Source: Octopus bimaculoides
Lineage: Eukaryota
Direction: 5' to 3'
NCBI RefSeq assembly: GCF_001194135.2
Contig: NC_068989.1
Span: forward strand, 5,005,104 to 5,069,103
Length of the DNA stretch: 64,000 bases
In this document: in pieces, positions 62,347 to 64,000 of the stretch
Layout: each line of letters starts with the position of its first letter
How positions within the stretch are numbered: the first letter of the stretch is position 1
The notes under the pieces: model-generated
What the model was told of the DNA's origin: nothing
The model's database searches: none
Seen by the model: the letters and a program-made list of their open reading frames with translations, nothing else
Program-made: the position numbers and the translations under genes

Positions 62347-62694
62347 GGTCCTGACTGCTGCAGTGACTATGCTATTAGTTTTCACTATGTACCTCCCAAC
62401 ATGATGTACGTGCTCGAATACATGGTTTATCATCTGAAGCCGTTTGGTCTGCAGAATGAATGCCTCGCTGCAGACAAACCCGACACTGCTGTTCAACGTC
62501 TTCCTCCGTCCAAAACTCAAAAAATTAGTACCACTATTAGTAAGACCATTAAGAGTAATGATAAAAATAAAAATAATAATAATAATAATATTAAAAAGGA
62601 TAAAAGTGATGAAAACTTTAAGAGTGACGCAAAAAAACGAACGCCTAATGCTGCAAAAAACAAACCAAGTCCAAAGGTAGGAAACAAGAGCTAG
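62347..62694 (+). CDS. C1GALT1: C1GALT1 coding exon 3: conserved GPDCCSD..FHYV..MY.LEY..YHL block plus K/N-rich tail, stop TAG
   Basis: Acceptor ttctttctgtctgcag|GGT is in phase 0 with exon 2. Translation begins [34 protein letters not shown]. The spliced CDS is 265+680+348 = 1293 nt, or 430 aa plus stop. Confidence 0.93.
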   Translation, partial: GPDCCSDYAISFHYVPPNMMYVLEYMVYHLKPFGLQNECLAADKPDTAVQRLPPSKTQKISTTISKTIKSNDKNKNNNNNNIKKDKSDENFKSDAKKRTPNAAKNKPSPKVGNKS

Positions 62695-64000
62695 GGGCAA
62701 AAAAAAAAAAAGCCAACATGACTCAATAATAAAAATAACAAAAATATTAATAATGATGATGATGATGATGATGATAATCATGATGAAATTCAGAAGAAAA
62801 TCAATTGCAGCAACTATATGAACAAGTAGACACATGTTTATGAAACTGGTCTTACTGCTGCTGTCTGTCTGTTTGTCTTTTATATTTTTTGCATTCCCCC
62901 TTTTTGTTTCCCTCTTTTGACTCCTCCTCCTTCTCCTCTACCCATGTTGTTCTTTGTCCTACTGTTGATGCAGATGTAAATGTGTGTGTGTGTGTGTGTG
63001 TGTATGTGTTGTGCATGTGTTGCACCTATGTGTAGATGTATTTGTCACACATATGCTTTGTGTTTATGTGCATTTGTTGCACATGTGTGTTGTGCCTTTG
63101 TTGCACATGTGTATATATTGTGCACATTGCATAAGCGTGTGTGTGTGTGTGTGTTTTGCATGCATGAATGAGTGTGTATTGTGCAAGTATGTGCCTTTCA
63201 AATGTGTGTGTGTGTCTGTGTGTGTATGTGAGAGAGAGAGAGAAAGTGTTTATGATGTTTGTGGTATATCTGTAAACACGTGTATATATATATATGTATA
63301 TCAGTACGTTTATTTGTTTGTCCATCTGTTGATAACAAATTAAAATATTGACATTCCAGTTTTGAACTAAAACCATTATATGTGCAAACATACACACATA
63401 TACATACACATACATGTATCTAAATGCACACATGTTCATTTAAATACGCATGTGTATGTACATGTGTGTACTGCACGCTCATTCATGTACATACTTGTTT
63501 CTCTTTCACTCAATCTTCTTCATGCGTATATACATTTTGTATTAAAAACATATATGCAACTGCATATTCAAATGCAGTACAGCAACAGTGATGAGGTGTG
63601 TTTCTTTCTATACTCTATTTTTCATATTTCCACACACATGCACACACATATGCATGCACACACACACACACACACACACACGCAGAGCTAGCTTTGTTTT
63701 GAATTGATATTATGTATACCTTTTTTTTTCAAACTGATGAGCTGTGAAAAACAGAAGCGTGAAACTCAAGAGTAGCAATGGAAAATGTTTGAGTATCTAT
63801 ATAAATAATGCGTGTGTGTGTGTGTGTTTGTATGTGTATGTATGTATGCACATGCATTCACACAACACACAGATATTTGCATTAATAAGTTAGTATGTAT
63901 AGATATGCATGTGTGTGTGTGTGTATGTTGCATGCTTACATTTACATATATGTATACACAAATATAGATACACACACTATATATATATATATATATATAT

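Noticed and set aside
63730-63780. CTGATGA...GAAA-CTC-AA-GAG-TA hammerhead-like string
   Set aside because: Stem III is plausible, but stem II does not close onto GAAA and there is no stem I complementarity.

Overview
AT-rich eukaryotic genomic DNA, very probably from an octopus or another coleoid cephalopod. This is inferred from the SINE families and the extreme microsatellite density. The window has about ten N-gaps. One protein-coding gene is well supported: a plus-strand C1GALT1 (T-synthase, core 1 beta-1,3-galactosyltransferase). It has three coding exons (32090-32354, 59162-59841, 62347-62694; phases 1 and 0; 430 aa) and a 26.8 kb first coding intron. Much of the rest is mobile-element debris: several tRNA-headed SINE families, RTE and R4/Dong-like LINE relics, four Penelope-like element (PLE) relics, mariner, hAT, piggyBac and Helentron-like non-autonomous elements, and microsatellites. 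Nearly all short ORFs in the supplied track come from repeats or gaps. The most interesting signals are: (1) a tRNA-headed short element carrying a minimal type I hammerhead ribozyme, present as an inverted pair about 330 nt upstream of exon 2; (2) a second repeat family with a hammerhead-like fold and a shared non-canonical U6 core; (3) a pre-miRNA-shaped hairpin just upstream of the C1GALT1 start codon; (4) a fold-back MITE with an inverted telomeric-repeat core. Coordinates of degraded repeats are approximate, and no database searches were run.
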